DNA of 61,764 nt, filler included, from Actinomycetota bacterium (GTDB taxonomy: Bacteria > Actinomycetota > CADDZG01 > JAHWKV01 > JAOPZY01): NCBI GenBank assembly GCA_025963875.1. It is 7 parts of 7 records of this genome, joined end to end, with 100 filler letters (N's around TTAATTAATTAA, not from the genome) between each part and the next. Parts side by side here need not be neighbours in the genome. Positions count along the whole stretch, not along the records: positions 1 to 14,678 come from JAOPZY010000042.1; positions 14,779 to 18,914 come from JAOPZY010000093.1; 5 more parts are not named here. The stretch is one strand, 5' to 3'. The position numbers and the translations under genes are program-made. Under the pieces are notes generated by a model. It ran no database searches and was not told the DNA's origin. It saw only the letters and a list, made by a program, of their open reading frames with translations. Of this stretch, positions 8,558 to 18,803 are shown in pieces (position 1 is the stretch's first letter; every line of letters begins with the position of its first letter).

Positions 8558-9913
8558 ATGGCGCAGACCGACTCCGACGGGGAGAGGCGGGCCCGTACGA
8601 ACCCTCATCTCAGGGCCCACCGCGCCCGGATGCGCCTGACCCAACAGGAAGTGGCAGAAGCGCTCGCCGCCCTCGCATGGGAGCATGATCACGAGCAGCT
8701 TGGCGTGGACGCCGACATGGTCTCGAAGTGGGAGCGGGGCGCCAAACGACCCCGGCGGCTCTACCGGCGGCTGCTCTGCATGCTGTACGACAGCACGGAA
8801 GAGGACCTGGGCCTCCGCCAGACGCAGGGCGGTGCTCCCGCCGACGACTTCTCCGGGGAGGACGTGAACCGGCGAGAATTTCTGCGAGCAGCGGTCGTGG
8901 CCCCCGAAGTGCTACGGCGTGTCCTGCGCGGGGCCGGCGGGGAAGCCATGGAGTTCACCCGGATGGCCGGGACCTCCGGGGTGGGGGCGGGGACGTTCGA
9001 CCATCTCGAAGCGGTCCTCACCGAGCTGCGTTGCTCCTACTACGAGCAACCGCTTGCTGAGCAGTTCGCCGTGGCCCGCGCCTACCGGACGCGAGTGCAG
9101 GAACTGATCCAGGGTCGCCATACGTTCAAGGAAGGCCAGCAACTCTATGTCTACGCCGCATGGCTGGACGAGATGCTGGCCTGGCTCGCGAACAACCTCG
9201 GCGACGCGCTCACCGCGGAGGCGTACGCGATCGACTGCTTCGAGCACGCCGACCAGGCCGGCCACAACGAGCTCTGCGCCTGGGCCGCGGACCAGATGGC
9301 CTCGATTGCCATCTACGCCAACCGCCCGGAGCGGGCGGCAGCGGCGGCGAGGAGGGGAATCGAGAGGGCGCCGGCCGCTCATCCTGTGGCGGTACGCCTG
9401 CGCGCCCAGGCCGCCCGGGCACATGCCCGGCTGGGACAGCGAGACGAATGCGAGCGCTTCTTCACCGAAGCGCAGGACCTCTACGACCGACTCCCGTCGA
9501 GGACCCCCATACGGTTCGGCGAGGACACCCGGGTCCAGGCCGACCATGCGCTGACCGGCCATCCGGCCTCCTCCCACATCTGGCTGGCCGACTTCCATCG
9601 GGCCAAGCGGTATGCAGAGAGGGCGGTGGCCCTCCATGAGTCCGTCCCCGCTGGGTCGCGCGACCTCGGGAGGGAGGCGATTGCCCGCATCGATCTCGGG
9701 ATCGCCCTGGCCGAGCTCGGCGTAGCCGACGAGGCGATCGGTCAAGGGCGTCTCGCTCTGGCGTCGCCGCGGGTGTCCGAGTCGGTGCGGTCCCGAGCCG
9801 CAGACCTGGACGCCGTGCTTACCGCCTGCTACCCGGGGCTGCCCGCCACCCGGGAGTTCCACGAGCAGTACGACAACCTTGTTCGAGCGACAGACCGCCA
9901 CTCGGACCACTGA
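8558..9913 (+). CDS. XRE-family HTH transcriptional regulator with C-terminal TPR-like domain
   Basis: LRAHRARMRLTQQEVAEAL...VSKWERGAKRP, then NRREFL and a helical repeat region typical of actinobacterial XRE regulators. Confidence 0.85.
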   Translation: MAQTDSDGERRARTNPHLRAHRARMRLTQQEVAEALAALAWEHDHEQLGVDADMVSKWERGAKRPRRLYRRLLCMLYDSTEEDLGLRQTQGGAPADDFSGEDVNRREFLRAAVVAPEVLRRVLRGAGGEAMEFTRMAGTSGVGAGTFDHLEAVLTELRCSYYEQPLAEQFAVARAYRTRVQELIQGRHTFKEGQQLYVYAAWLDEMLAWLANNLGDALTAEAYAIDCFEHADQAGHNELCAWAADQMASIAIYANRPERAAAAARRGIERAPAAHPVAVRLRAQAARAHARLGQRDECERFFTEAQDLYDRLPSRTPIRFGEDTRVQADHALTGHPASSHIWLADFHRAKRYAERAVALHESVPAGSRDLGREAIARIDLGIALAELGVADEAIGQGRLALASPRVSESVRSRAADLDAVLTACYPGLPATREFHEQYDNLVRATDRHSDH

Positions 9914-10021
9914 AGGGACCAGGAACCGGCCTTTCTGAAGCGAGGCGCAGATTGCGATCCTGACCGAGACAATGCCGGGTTCGCCGGTTGAGCCGGCGGC
10001 GAGTCTCAGGGAGGTCAGGAC

Positions 10022-10279
10022 ATGTGCCGATTGCGGCCGCGGACAATCGGCGGGAGGGCGAGTTGCGCCCCCAGGGGATGCGTCTGGCCCGCCAACTGCC
10101 GGAACCCCTGCGGCTCTCGTCCCCAGCAGGGCCGCATCTGCTCCAAGCATCTGGAGCGGGTCCGCGGGATGGCTGGCACCCTGGCGTGCGCCTGGCCCGG
10201 GTGCACGCGCCGGGCCTGGGACTGCAAGGGCCTCTGCTCCTTCCACTGGAAGGTGGCCTTCGGGCTCATCGAACACTGA
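10022..10279 (+). CDS. Small Cys/His-rich protein with two C-x-W-P-x(1-2)-C...C-x2-H repeats
   Basis: CVWPANC...ICSKH and CAWPGC...LCSFH; GGAGG upstream; fills an intergenic gap. Confidence 0.55.
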   Translation: MCRLRPRTIGGRASCAPRGCVWPANCRNPCGSRPQQGRICSKHLERVRGMAGTLACAWPGCTRRAWDCKGLCSFHWKVAFGLIEH

Positions 10280-10414
10280 TCCGGCCCACTGCCGGCCGAA
10301 GCCTGCAACCCGGGCCGGGCCGCGATCGTCGAAGGAGACATGGGTACCGAGATCGGGCACAGGTTCCGCACAGAGGGGCGGAGCACCGGGGGCCGGTACA
10401 ATACGGCCTCCCCC

Positions 10415-11509
10415 ATGCGTGCGATCCGATGTCCCCGGCTGCTGGTGTTCGTCGTGGTGGCGCTGGTGGCGGCAGCCTGCGGCGGTGGGAAGCCGAAGCC
10501 ATCCGGGCAGGGCACGAAGGCTGGCCAGGCCCTCCCGGCGGCCTCCGCAGCATCGCCAGCAGCCGGGAAGTGCCCGCTCACCGATCTCGACCCGCCCCCC
10601 GGCGTCAAGGTGGACCGCTTCGTCCTCGGGGTGAAAATCGACGGCTCGATCGCCTCCAAGTCCCCGTCGGGGCAGTCGGGCCTGGACTCGGCCGACATCG
10701 TCTACGACGAGCCGGTCGAAGGCGGCTTCGGGCGGTTCCTCGCCCTGTACCAGTGCGGCAATCCGACCAAGGTCGGCCCCATCCGGGAGGCACGCGCCGA
10801 GGATCCCTCCCTCCTCGCCCAGTACGGCTCGGGCATCCTCGCCAGTGCCGGGATCCCCCCCGACGTCCTGCAGGCCGTCACGTCCACCGCGGGGCTCGTC
10901 AACGAGGACAGCATCCGGCACGGCACGGCGTACTTCCGGGACTCGACCGGCCGCCAGGCCCCGTACAACCTCTTCGCCGACCCTGCGAAGCTCCGTGCCT
11001 ACAAGGTCCCCGCCACGGCGGTCAAGCCGCTGGCCGCGCCCCCGTCGCAGTTCAGCTTCGTCCCCCTCGTGAGCCCCGCGTCCGGTAGCACCCCGAGCCC
11101 CAGCCAGTCGCCCAAAGCCGGCAGCATCCGGTTCAAGCTCGGCCCCCAGATCCAGTACCAGTACGACACGGCGACCGCCTCGTATCTCCGTTCGGAGAAC
11201 AGCCAGCCCCACGTCACGGATTCCGGCTCCCAGATCCGGGTAGTGAACGTGGTCGTCATGTGGGTCCAGATGAGCAACGGACAGATCGCCGACGCTGCGG
11301 GCAACACCACAACGCCGGTGCCGACCGTGACCGGGACCGGCAACGCCATGGTGCTCACCGGCGGCGTCGAGCACGACGGCACCTGGAGCCGGCCGGACGA
11401 TGCGTCGGTCATGAGCCTCCTCGACTCGGCGGGCAAGCCGATCCCACTGTCGCCCGGCAACACGTGGATCCACATCATCCCGAAGGAAGAGCCCGTCTAT
11501 GTCCAATAG
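10415..11509 (+). CDS. DUF3048-domain lipoprotein
   Basis: Lipobox VAAAC; VKIDG...QSGLDSADIVYDEPVEGG, VGPIREAR, APYNLF, LSPGNTWI. Confidence 0.85.
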   Translation: MRAIRCPRLLVFVVVALVAAACGGGKPKPSGQGTKAGQALPAASAASPAAGKCPLTDLDPPPGVKVDRFVLGVKIDGSIASKSPSGQSGLDSADIVYDEPVEGGFGRFLALYQCGNPTKVGPIREARAEDPSLLAQYGSGILASAGIPPDVLQAVTSTAGLVNEDSIRHGTAYFRDSTGRQAPYNLFADPAKLRAYKVPATAVKPLAAPPSQFSFVPLVSPASGSTPSPSQSPKAGSIRFKLGPQIQYQYDTATASYLRSENSQPHVTDSGSQIRVVNVVVMWVQMSNGQIADAAGNTTTPVPTVTGTGNAMVLTGGVEHDGTWSRPDDASVMSLLDSAGKPIPLSPGNTWIHIIPKEEPVYVQ

Positions 11510-14024
11510 GCACACACCACCCTGGCGGGACCGCATCCAGCAGGTGGCCGTCACCCGGGTCGCCAAGGTGCCGTTCCGGGAGTCGACGGGCCTCTGGAAG
11601 AGCCTGATGGGCCCGCAGGACGGCGAGGAGCGGCGCTTCCACAAGCGGCTTCCGGCGTCGTGGCGCAGCTGGGTGGCGGACAGCTCCCTCCCGGTCTGGC
11701 TGAAGGGGGTCGCCCTGTGGCTCCTCCAGGTTCCCCGGTGGATCTACATCGTGACGGGCTCCATCGTGCTGGTCAGCAGCCTGACGCTGCTCATCACCGT
11801 CGTCTCGATCTACAACTATCTCTCGAAGCCCGTCCCCATCCCCACACCGGTGGTGGGGTCCGCGACGCAGACCGGCCACATCTTCGCTGCGGACGGGAGC
11901 CTGCTCGCCGACCTCCACGGGGCGATCAACCGCCAGTCCGTCCCGCTCGATCAGATGTCCGCGCCGCTGAAGCAGGCGGTGCTGGCAGCCGAGGACGGCG
12001 GCTTCTACCGGCACAAGGCCCTGGACTTCGGCGCCCTCATGCGCGCCGCCGTCACGGACCTCTTCGCCGGTCACTGGGTCGAGGGGGGATCGACCATCAC
12101 CCAGCAGTACGTGAAGCTCAACTATCTCGGGCAGCAGCGCACCTTCGGCCGGAAGGTCCAGGAGGCCCGGGTGGCGTACCAGATGGAGCGCCGGCTCTCG
12201 AAGGACCAGATCCTCGAGCTCTACCTCAACACCGTCTACTTCGGCCGTGGGGCCTACGGCGTCCAGGCCGCCGCCCTGACGTTCTACGGCAAGAACGCCT
12301 CCGAGCTCGACGCCACGCAGTCGAGCCTGCTCGCCGGCCTCATCCAGTCACCGTCGGCCTACAACCCCGACGCCAACCCGGGCAGCGCCGAGACCCGGCG
12401 CCAGTACGTCATCGACCGGATGCAGGCCCTGGGGTTCCTCAACGCCCAGCAGGCCATCGCCGTCCGCAGCGGCAAGCCGAAGCTCATCCCCCCACCGGTG
12501 CCCAACACCATCGCCTACAAGTACCCCTGGTTCGTGGAGACCGTCCGGTCCTACCTCTTCCAGAAGTACGGAGAGGAGCTGGTGCTCGGCGGCGGTCTGA
12601 ACGTGCAGACGACGCTCGACCCCCGCCAGCAGGACCTCGCCGACCAGGCGGTGGCCAAGATCCTCCCGAACTCGGTGGATCCCTACGCCGCCACAGTCTC
12701 GGTCGATCCCCAGACCGGCTACGTCACCTCGATGGTCGCCGGGCGCGACAACGGGACGGAGAAGTTCAACCTCGCCACCCAGGGACGCCGCCAGCCGGGC
12801 TCTGCGATGAAGCCCTTCGTCCTGATCGCCGCCCTCGAGCACGGGATCTCGCCCCTGACCGTCTACAACGGCCCCCCGCAGATCTGCCTCGCGGGCTGGC
12901 TCCCGACCTGCCAGGTCAATACCTTCGACAACGAGTCCTTCGGGTCGATCACCCTCGAGACGGCCACGATCTTCTCCGTCAACACCGTCTACGCCCAGCT
13001 CGTCATGCAGGTGGGGCCGGCGAACGTGGTCGCCACGGCGAACCGGATGGGCGTGCCCGGCCCCCGGTGGCTGCTGCCGACGACCGCCGGGTGTCGTCCG
13101 GCGGGGTCGCCCGGCTGCACGGCGCACCTCAACGCCGAGCCCTCGCTGGCCCTCGGCAGCAACGACGTCTCACCGCTCGAGATGGCGAGCGCCTACGCCA
13201 CTCTCGCCAACCGCGGCGTCTACCACGAGCCGAAGTTCGTCTCGAAGGTGACCAACGCCTCCGGCGACGTCCTGGAGAGCGGCCCCAACCCCGCCCGCCA
13301 GGCCGTCGACCCCAACATCGTCACGCAGGTGAACCACATCCTGAACGAGGTGGTGACGATGGGCACCGGCACCGCTGCCAATATCGGCCGGCCGGAGGCC
13401 GGCAAGACCGGGACCGCCTCCGACTACCGCAACGCCTGGTTCGTCGGCTACACCCCCGAGCTGGCCACCGCCGTCTGGGTCGGCTACCGGGACGCCAACC
13501 AGCCGCTGCTGAACGTCGAGGGCGTGCCGAAGATGACCGGCGGCACGATCCCGGCGAAGATCTGGGCCACGTACATGAAGGCGGCACTCCCCCCGGCGAG
13601 CAACGACACCCTCAACACCGACGCGGGGAACCTGGGGCTCATCAACGCCCCCGCCCCCTCGGTGACCTCGACGGTGGTGGGGACCGACACCGTGACCTCG
13701 ACCGTCACCACCGGGTCGCCGGCGGTCTGCGTCCTCGTGCCCTCCACCACCGCGGTCGGGCCGCTGCCGAGCCCGGTGACCGGAACGACCTACAACGTCT
13801 ACAAGTACCTTCGCTGCAACAGCACGGGCAGTTCATACGCGCCCGCAGGCCCCGGTGGGCCCGCAGGGCCGGGGCCCACGTCGACGGACACCCCGGCCGA
13901 CACCTCGACCCCGCCGCCGGGGCCGACCAACCTCCCTGCACCGACCGACGTCCCCACGACGGAGCCGTCGCCGGTCCCGAGCTCGGCTCCGCCTCGCTGC
14001 CTCCTCGGGCTCCTCTGCGGCTAA
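11499..14024 (+). CDS. Class A penicillin-binding protein (transglycosylase/transpeptidase)
   Basis: AAEDGGFYRH, GGSTITQQYVK, RKVQE, LYLNTVYFG; SxxK (SAMK), SVN, KTG. Confidence 0.95.
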   Translation: MSNRHTPPWRDRIQQVAVTRVAKVPFRESTGLWKSLMGPQDGEERRFHKRLPASWRSWVADSSLPVWLKGVALWLLQVPRWIYIVTGSIVLVSSLTLLITVVSIYNYLSKPVPIPTPVVGSATQTGHIFAADGSLLADLHGAINRQSVPLDQMSAPLKQAVLAAEDGGFYRHKALDFGALMRAAVTDLFAGHWVEGGSTITQQYVKLNYLGQQRTFGRKVQEARVAYQMERRLSKDQILELYLNTVYFGRGAYGVQAAALTFYGKNASELDATQSSLLAGLIQSPSAYNPDANPGSAETRRQYVIDRMQALGFLNAQQAIAVRSGKPKLIPPPVPNTIAYKYPWFVETVRSYLFQKYGEELVLGGGLNVQTTLDPRQQDLADQAVAKILPNSVDPYAATVSVDPQTGYVTSMVAGRDNGTEKFNLATQGRRQPGSAMKPFVLIAALEHGISPLTVYNGPPQICLAGWLPTCQVNTFDNESFGSITLETATIFSVNTVYAQLVMQVGPANVVATANRMGVPGPRWLLPTTAGCRPAGSPGCTAHLNAEPSLALGSNDVSPLEMASAYATLANRGVYHEPKFVSKVTNASGDVLESGPNPARQAVDPNIVTQVNHILNEVVTMGTGTAANIGRPEAGKTGTASDYRNAWFVGYTPELATAVWVGYRDANQPLLNVEGVPKMTGGTIPAKIWATYMKAALPPASNDTLNTDAGNLGLINAPAPSVTSTVVGTDTVTSTVTTGSPAVCVLVPSTTAVGPLPSPVTGTTYNVYKYLRCNSTGSSYAPAGPGGPAGPGPTSTDTPADTSTPPPGPTNLPAPTDVPTTEPSPVPSSAPPRCLLGLLCG

Positions 14025-14053
14025 GGGCCCACCGCCAAACAAGCTGCGCGGAG

Positions 14054-14101
14054 GAGGTTGGGAGCCTAGCGCGCGCATACGCGCGATTCGCTCCCAACCT
14101 C
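14054..14101. repeat. Palindromic repeat (42-bp-core variant), may also act as a terminator
   Basis: GAGGTTGGGAGC-CTAGCGCGCG-CATA-CGCGCGATTC-GCTCCCAACCTC between convergent genes. Confidence 0.7.
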
Positions 14102-14190
14102 GGCTTGAGCCCCCAGACGCGGATGGGCACCGGCCCCGTCCCCAACCGGGGAGAGGAACCGGTGCCCGCCGTGCTGGCCGAACCGGAAGG

Positions 14191-14678
14191 CTAGGGCGTC
14201 CGACCGAGGGCCACGTTGATCAACTGCGCCAGGCCGAACGTCCCGGCCTTCGTCAACTCGGGGATCGGCGTGAAGTTGTGGACGGCGTTCAGGTACGAGG
14301 TGCGGTCGCCCAGCAGCAGGGCCGCGAACACCTCGGCCACGATGCGGCCGCCCACCGGCCCGAGCCGGATGGGTGTGGCGTCCTTGGTGGCCTTGTCGAT
14401 GAGGTCGTGCAGCACCGGCCCGGGGCCCGTGACCGCAGCGAAGATCGCCCCGACGACCGCCACGTACCGGCCGGTGTTGGCCAGGCGGCTGCCCTGCCGG
14501 GTCCGCTGCAGGATCCACAGCGCTGCCGGGAGGATGAGGAACAACGCCGGTGTGAGGCCGAAGAACCCCAGGCTGGAGTCGAGCAGCCAGTGGTACCAGG
14601 GACTGATCGCCGGGCCCTGCTCACCCCGGTAGATGGCGTGGAACCAGAACATCACGGCACCGCCGGCGTAGGCGAGGA
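14191..14678 (-). CDS. Membrane protein, 5' end lost in the gap
   Basis: Hydrophobic ORF (MFWFHAIYRGEQGPAISPWYHWLLDSSLGF...) that stays open up to the N linker. Confidence 0.55.
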
Positions 14679-14778
14679 NNNNNNNNNNNNNNNNNNNNNN
14701 NNNNNNNNNNNNNNNNNNNNNNTTAATTAATTAANNNNNNNNNNNNNNNNNNNNNNNNNNNNNNNNNNNNNNNNNNNN
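14679..14778. other. Artificial contig linker
   Basis: N-run/TTAATTAATTAA/N-run, 100 nt, stops in all six frames. Confidence 0.98.
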
Positions 14779-14867
14779 CGTCGCACGCGCCTGAACAAGC
14801 GCGCCCCAAGGGGCCAAAGGGCAGGACACGGTGCCCGACGACGGACGACAGGACTGGCCCGTCCACC

Positions 14868-14911
14868 TTCGAGACGAAGAGGTCGTGGGTTCGAAGCCCG
14901 CCACCCCGCCA
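14868..14911 (+). pseudogene. 3' half of tRNA-Pro (att-site-like remnant)
   Basis: TTCGAGACGAAGAGGTCGTGGGTTCGAAGCCCGCCACCCCGCCA resembles the anticodon loop to CCA end of actinobacterial tRNA-Pro(CGG). No D-arm or 5' acceptor strand upstream. Confidence 0.75.
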
Positions 14912-15151
14912 TGGCCCGGGGTTGGAGCCGACTTCGGTTACGCATGGAACGATCCTGTACAACTCGATCTGTCGCTTCGATGATCAGGCCCGCTGCGCCT
15001 CCGCCGGCTCCAGCGCGCGAACGAACACCTCAGGCTGCCGGCCATGACCACCTCCGCCGACAGCCTCCAGGCCCCAAACGTGGCGGATCAAGCCGACACC
15101 ATTACAGCGCCAACCTTTCTTGATGAGGCACTAGTCGAGGTTGGCGACCCG

Positions 15152-15242
15152 ATGACCGACGAAGAGATGCAGCACTTCTTCAAGCGGGTCGGCGTCCTGG
15201 AAGAGGAGATGAAGTCGGCCGGCGCCTTGGTCTTCTCCGGGC
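15152..15242 (+). pseudogene. YciI-family fragment
   Basis: MTDEEMQHFFKRVGVLEEEMKSAGALVFSG resembles YciI N-termini, then is interrupted. Confidence 0.4.
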
Positions 15243-16006
15243 CCGGCCGGCGAAGGCGTTACCCTCGCGGGGTCAGTGGACGAGACCTGGCCCGATTCCG
15301 TCGGTATCAGCCTGGGAAGCGGGGACTGTCGGGTGCCCCGGGTCTTCACCGCCGTACGGCCTCGAGGAACTGCGGGCACTCTTCACACTGACCCCCGACG
15401 ACCTGATCATCGTGGGAGCCGCTCGCAAGGAGCAGACGCGTCTTAGCCTCGCCCCTGCTGCTCGTGTGGGCTCGGGTGGAGCATCGCTTCGTCTCGGACC
15501 CCGCCATACTGCCGGCCGAGGTGATCTCCTTTGTCGCCTCCCAGCTCGGCCTGCCGCTCCAGGCGTTGTCTGGGTACGGCAGGCGGCCGGCCACCCGGAC
15601 GGCTCATGTGGCGACGATCTGCCGCCATCTCGGCCTTCGGTTGATGGGGCGGGGTGACGACGAACAGCTCGGGCAGTTCCTGGAGACCAAGGTGGCTCAG
15701 ACCGGCGGCCTGAGCGCGCTGCGCGAGGCGGCCGAAGGCTGGCTGGTTCAACAAGGACTGCTGAGGCCGACCGAGGCAATGCTCGATCGGCTGATCCAGC
15801 AGGCCCGCGCCACGGCTGAGGAGCGCCTGTTCGCCTTGATCGCCGGGCAACTCGGCAAGCGCCAACGCGAGCAGCTCGATGCCCTATGCGACACCCAGGA
15901 AGGCGAGAGCGCCCTCGTGGCGCTTCGGACCCCTCCCCGGGCGCCCTCCGCCTCGTCTCTGCAGAGCAAAGTGTCGGCGCCTGGTCTCGATCCGCGCGAA
16001 AACTAG
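15243..16006 (+). pseudogene. Tn3-family transposase N-terminal (DUF4158) relic
   Basis: Frameshifted pieces EELRALFTLTPDDL..RKEQTRLSLA and ...PAEVISFVASQLGL...YGRRPATRTAHVATICRHLGLR...; truncated before any catalytic domain. Confidence 0.7.
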
Positions 16007-16171
16007 TAACGGGCCCGATGTCTACGTTCCCGCCGGCGGCTCGCTCAGCCTCGGTTTTGATATCCAGATGCAACCGCATCCCTGACCCGTTTATCCGGGT
16101 GCACGTATGACGGCGGCGCAGACCCGTCTGGTTGCCGTGAGCTCGCGGCTTGATCCCCGATCTGGCGATGC

Positions 16172-16957
16172 CTACAGGGTCGTGATCAGACCGCCGTCGA
16201 TCACGAAGTCGGCCCCGGTGATGTTGGCCGCCCGGTCGCTGGCCAGGAACACAACGAGGTCCGCCACTTCGTTCGGGTGGGTGAACCGACCGGTCGGCGC
16301 TTGCTTCGCCTGCTGCTCCACGATGGCATCGGCGTTGCCCCCACTCGAGCGCGCAACCGTGGCGGCTACCCCGTCGTCTCCCAGCCACAACGCTGTGGTC
16401 ACGGGACCCGGGCTGACGGCATTGACGCGGATTCCGTGCGGTCCCACCTCTTTCGACAGTGATTTGCAGAAGTTGGCGAGGGCCGCCTTTGAGGCGCTGT
16501 AGTCGATCACGGCCGGGTCGGGCAGGAAGCTGTTGACCGAACTGGTCGTGACGATGGTCCCCCGGCCAGCGGCGATCATGGCCGGCAGCGCGGCTCGGAC
16601 GGTGCGGACTGCCGCCATGAAGTTGAGATTCAAGCTGGCGAGCCACTGCTCGTCGGTCACGTCGACGAACCCGGTCAGCCGCGTCTTTGCGGCGCCAACG
16701 TTGTTGATGACGATGTCGAGCCGACCGTGGCCGAGAGCGACGGCGACGAGGTCGGCCGGCCCCCGGGGCGTGGACAAGTCCACGAGCACCGCCTCGACGG
16801 CGCCGGCGCCCACGAGCGCATCGAGCTCTTTGCTCCTTTCGCGGGCTCCGGCCACAACATGGACTCCCTCGTCCACCAGCGCCTGCGTGATGGCCAGACC
16901 GATGCCTCTGCTGGCGCCGGTGACGACGGCGATCCTGTCCTGAAGTCCGAGGTCCAT
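16172..16957 (-). CDS. Short-chain dehydrogenase/reductase
   Basis: TGASRGIG, NNVG, YSASK, IRVNAVSPG, GADFVIDGG. Confidence 0.95.
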   Translation of the reverse strand: MDLGLQDRIAVVTGASRGIGLAITQALVDEGVHVVAGARERSKELDALVGAGAVEAVLVDLSTPRGPADLVAVALGHGRLDIVINNVGAAKTRLTGFVDVTDEQWLASLNLNFMAAVRTVRAALPAMIAAGRGTIVTTSSVNSFLPDPAVIDYSASKAALANFCKSLSKEVGPHGIRVNAVSPGPVTTALWLGDDGVAATVARSSGGNADAIVEQQAKQAPTGRFTHPNEVADLVVFLASDRAANITGADFVIDGGLITTL

Positions 16958-17179
16958 GGGTAGATTCTGGCCCTTACCCACTCCGGATGGAAGACTCCCC
17001 GGGCACACGGACTGACACCGCCGGGATCACCGGTTGCGTTCCCGCCCTTCCCCTCGCGCTCCAAGTCCCAGATCGGCGAGGGCAGCATCGAGGAGGGCCT
17101 CGGAGGGGGGCCAGGGGGAAAGGAAACTGCTGAACGATGCGCAAGTCGATGAGGCCGTGGAGAAAGAGCCACACCTGCA

Positions 17180-17410
17180 CAGGCTTCGTTGCTATACGAA
17201 TCAGCGTCAATCTCCCAGACGTCTGGTTTCGATGCAGCGATGACCTCGACGACGGGAGCGAAATGCTTCAAGCTCCTACCGAGAAGGACCGAGGAGCCGC
17301 GCAACATGCCCCAGCTCGCAAGATAGAAGCCCAAATGGAGACACGAGAGCTGCATATTGGGCCCTGTTGCTATCTCGGCTGGGTGGCCCCGCTCTTGCCC
17401 TTCCTCTCGT
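17180..17410 (-). pseudogene. Fragment of a conserved hypothetical protein
   Basis: Isolated protein-like stretch NMQLSCLHLGFYLASWGMLRGSSVLL...WEIDAD with no credible start or continuation. Confidence 0.4.
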
Positions 17411-17562
17411 AGCGCCGGATGTAGAGAGCCGGGGGTCCAGCGGTCAAGCCCGAAGCCCGCAGGGGCCCGAAGGGCAGCTTGACGGCGGGTCCGGCGACCG
17501 ATCATCCCCGCCGGTGAGAGGAAGGGCCCCAACAGGCGACGCGAGCAGGATGTCGCCCGTAT

Positions 17563-17841
17563 TCAGGCGACGCCGCCATTGTATTCGGGGTACTCCTCGG
17601 CAGCGGTGTCGGCGAGGTCCTGGAGGTCGAGGCGGCTGAAGGCTTCAGCTTCGGCAACGTAGGCCGCAAGGTCGTCGGGGTTGGCAGCCAGGCGTCGGTA
17701 GCCGGCCTCGATTGCCTCCCACTCCAAATCGTCCAGGATGGCGGCGAGCTCGGCGCCCAGGCTTCGGCCGTGGGCCTCGGCGAGGGCCGCAAGCCGATCC
17801 CGAACCGATGCCTCGACGCGGATGGTGGTCATGGAGTTCAT
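17563..17841 (-). CDS. Ribbon-helix-helix antitoxin-like protein
   Basis: MTTIRVEASVRDRLAALAEAHGRSLG... followed by an acidic C-terminus. Confidence 0.7.
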   Translation of the reverse strand: MNSMTTIRVEASVRDRLAALAEAHGRSLGAELAAILDDLEWEAIEAGYRRLAANPDDLAAYVAEAEAFSRLDLQDLADTAAEEYPEYNGGVA

Positions 17842-18018
17842 CTCGCCAGTATGCGTCGTCGACGTATACCAATAAGGGTCTCTTAAAGGAGCTCAAGCGT
17901 CGGTTTCTGTCCGACTGGTACTCCCCTCCCTGCCGTCCCCTAGGTGCTGGCGCCTCAGGAGCAGCACTGAACAAAACCCCCGGCAGCCTCCGGGAGCAAG
18001 GCTTGCTAGGATCAAATC

Positions 18019-18435
18019 GTGTTCCTTGAGCCATCTGATGAGAGCGCTCGCCGATTCTTCGAGCGAGACATCAAAGGCCCACTGACGATGCTGAACTTAC
18101 TGCGGTTCCGCGACGTTGCTGACTATTCTCGGTTTCCCCACCTGGCTCCTCCAGAACCGATCTCCGGCCGGGAAGCCTATGACCGCTACGTTCGTCACAC
18201 GATCCCGTTCCTCAATGCGAGCGGCGGCACGCTCGAGTTCTTCGGGACTGGCGGCCACAACTTCGTCGGACCTGCCGAGGAAAGGTGGGATCTCGTTATG
18301 TTGGTGAGACAGGCCAGCGTTAATAGCTTCTTGGCATTCGCATCCAACGAGGACTACCTTGCTGGGATCGGTCACCGCACGGCGGCTTTGGAGGATTCGA
18401 GAATGCTCCCGATCGTTGACCGTCCACTCCCCTAG
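18019..18435 (+). CDS. DUF1330-domain protein
   Basis: GPLTMLNLLRFR, SGREAYDRY, ERWDLVMLVR, HRTAALEDSR. Confidence 0.85.
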   Translation: MFLEPSDESARRFFERDIKGPLTMLNLLRFRDVADYSRFPHLAPPEPISGREAYDRYVRHTIPFLNASGGTLEFFGTGGHNFVGPAEERWDLVMLVRQASVNSFLAFASNEDYLAGIGHRTAALEDSRMLPIVDRPLP

Positions 18436-18803
18436 GCCCTGCCCCTCTCGCTAGCCCGATACCGCCGATATCGGGGCCACGTGCCGGTTGCCGGTCCCCC
18501 CTTTGTCGCCGCCTTCTGCAGACTCATTGGCAAAGACCGACATAACTGAAATTACGTTGGGTTGGACTCGTCGGGGCCATGTCTGCCTTGCAGTCCAATG
18601 CGGCTGTCGTTCACCTCGCAGGACGGCGGCGGCCGGTGGTGGAGTCGCCCCCCCGGACCCGAGCTGGGCCAGGAAGGCTCGATCAGGCGGTCACCGCCAG
18701 GAATCGGACGACCGGCGTCGGCGTTCCCGGCACGCCGGGGGGTGAATCCGAAGCGCCTCCGTAGAATTGGGCCAGAGTTCCATGCCGGGATAAAGGAGGC
18801 CCT

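Noticed and set aside
14679..14778. TTAATTAATTAA palindrome inside N-runs, recurring six times
   Set aside because: Artificial six-frame-stop contig linker, not biology. Neighbourhoods across these joins were not interpreted.
14830..14911. Complete tRNA gene
   Set aside because: No D-arm or 5' acceptor strand is present; only the 3' half matches.
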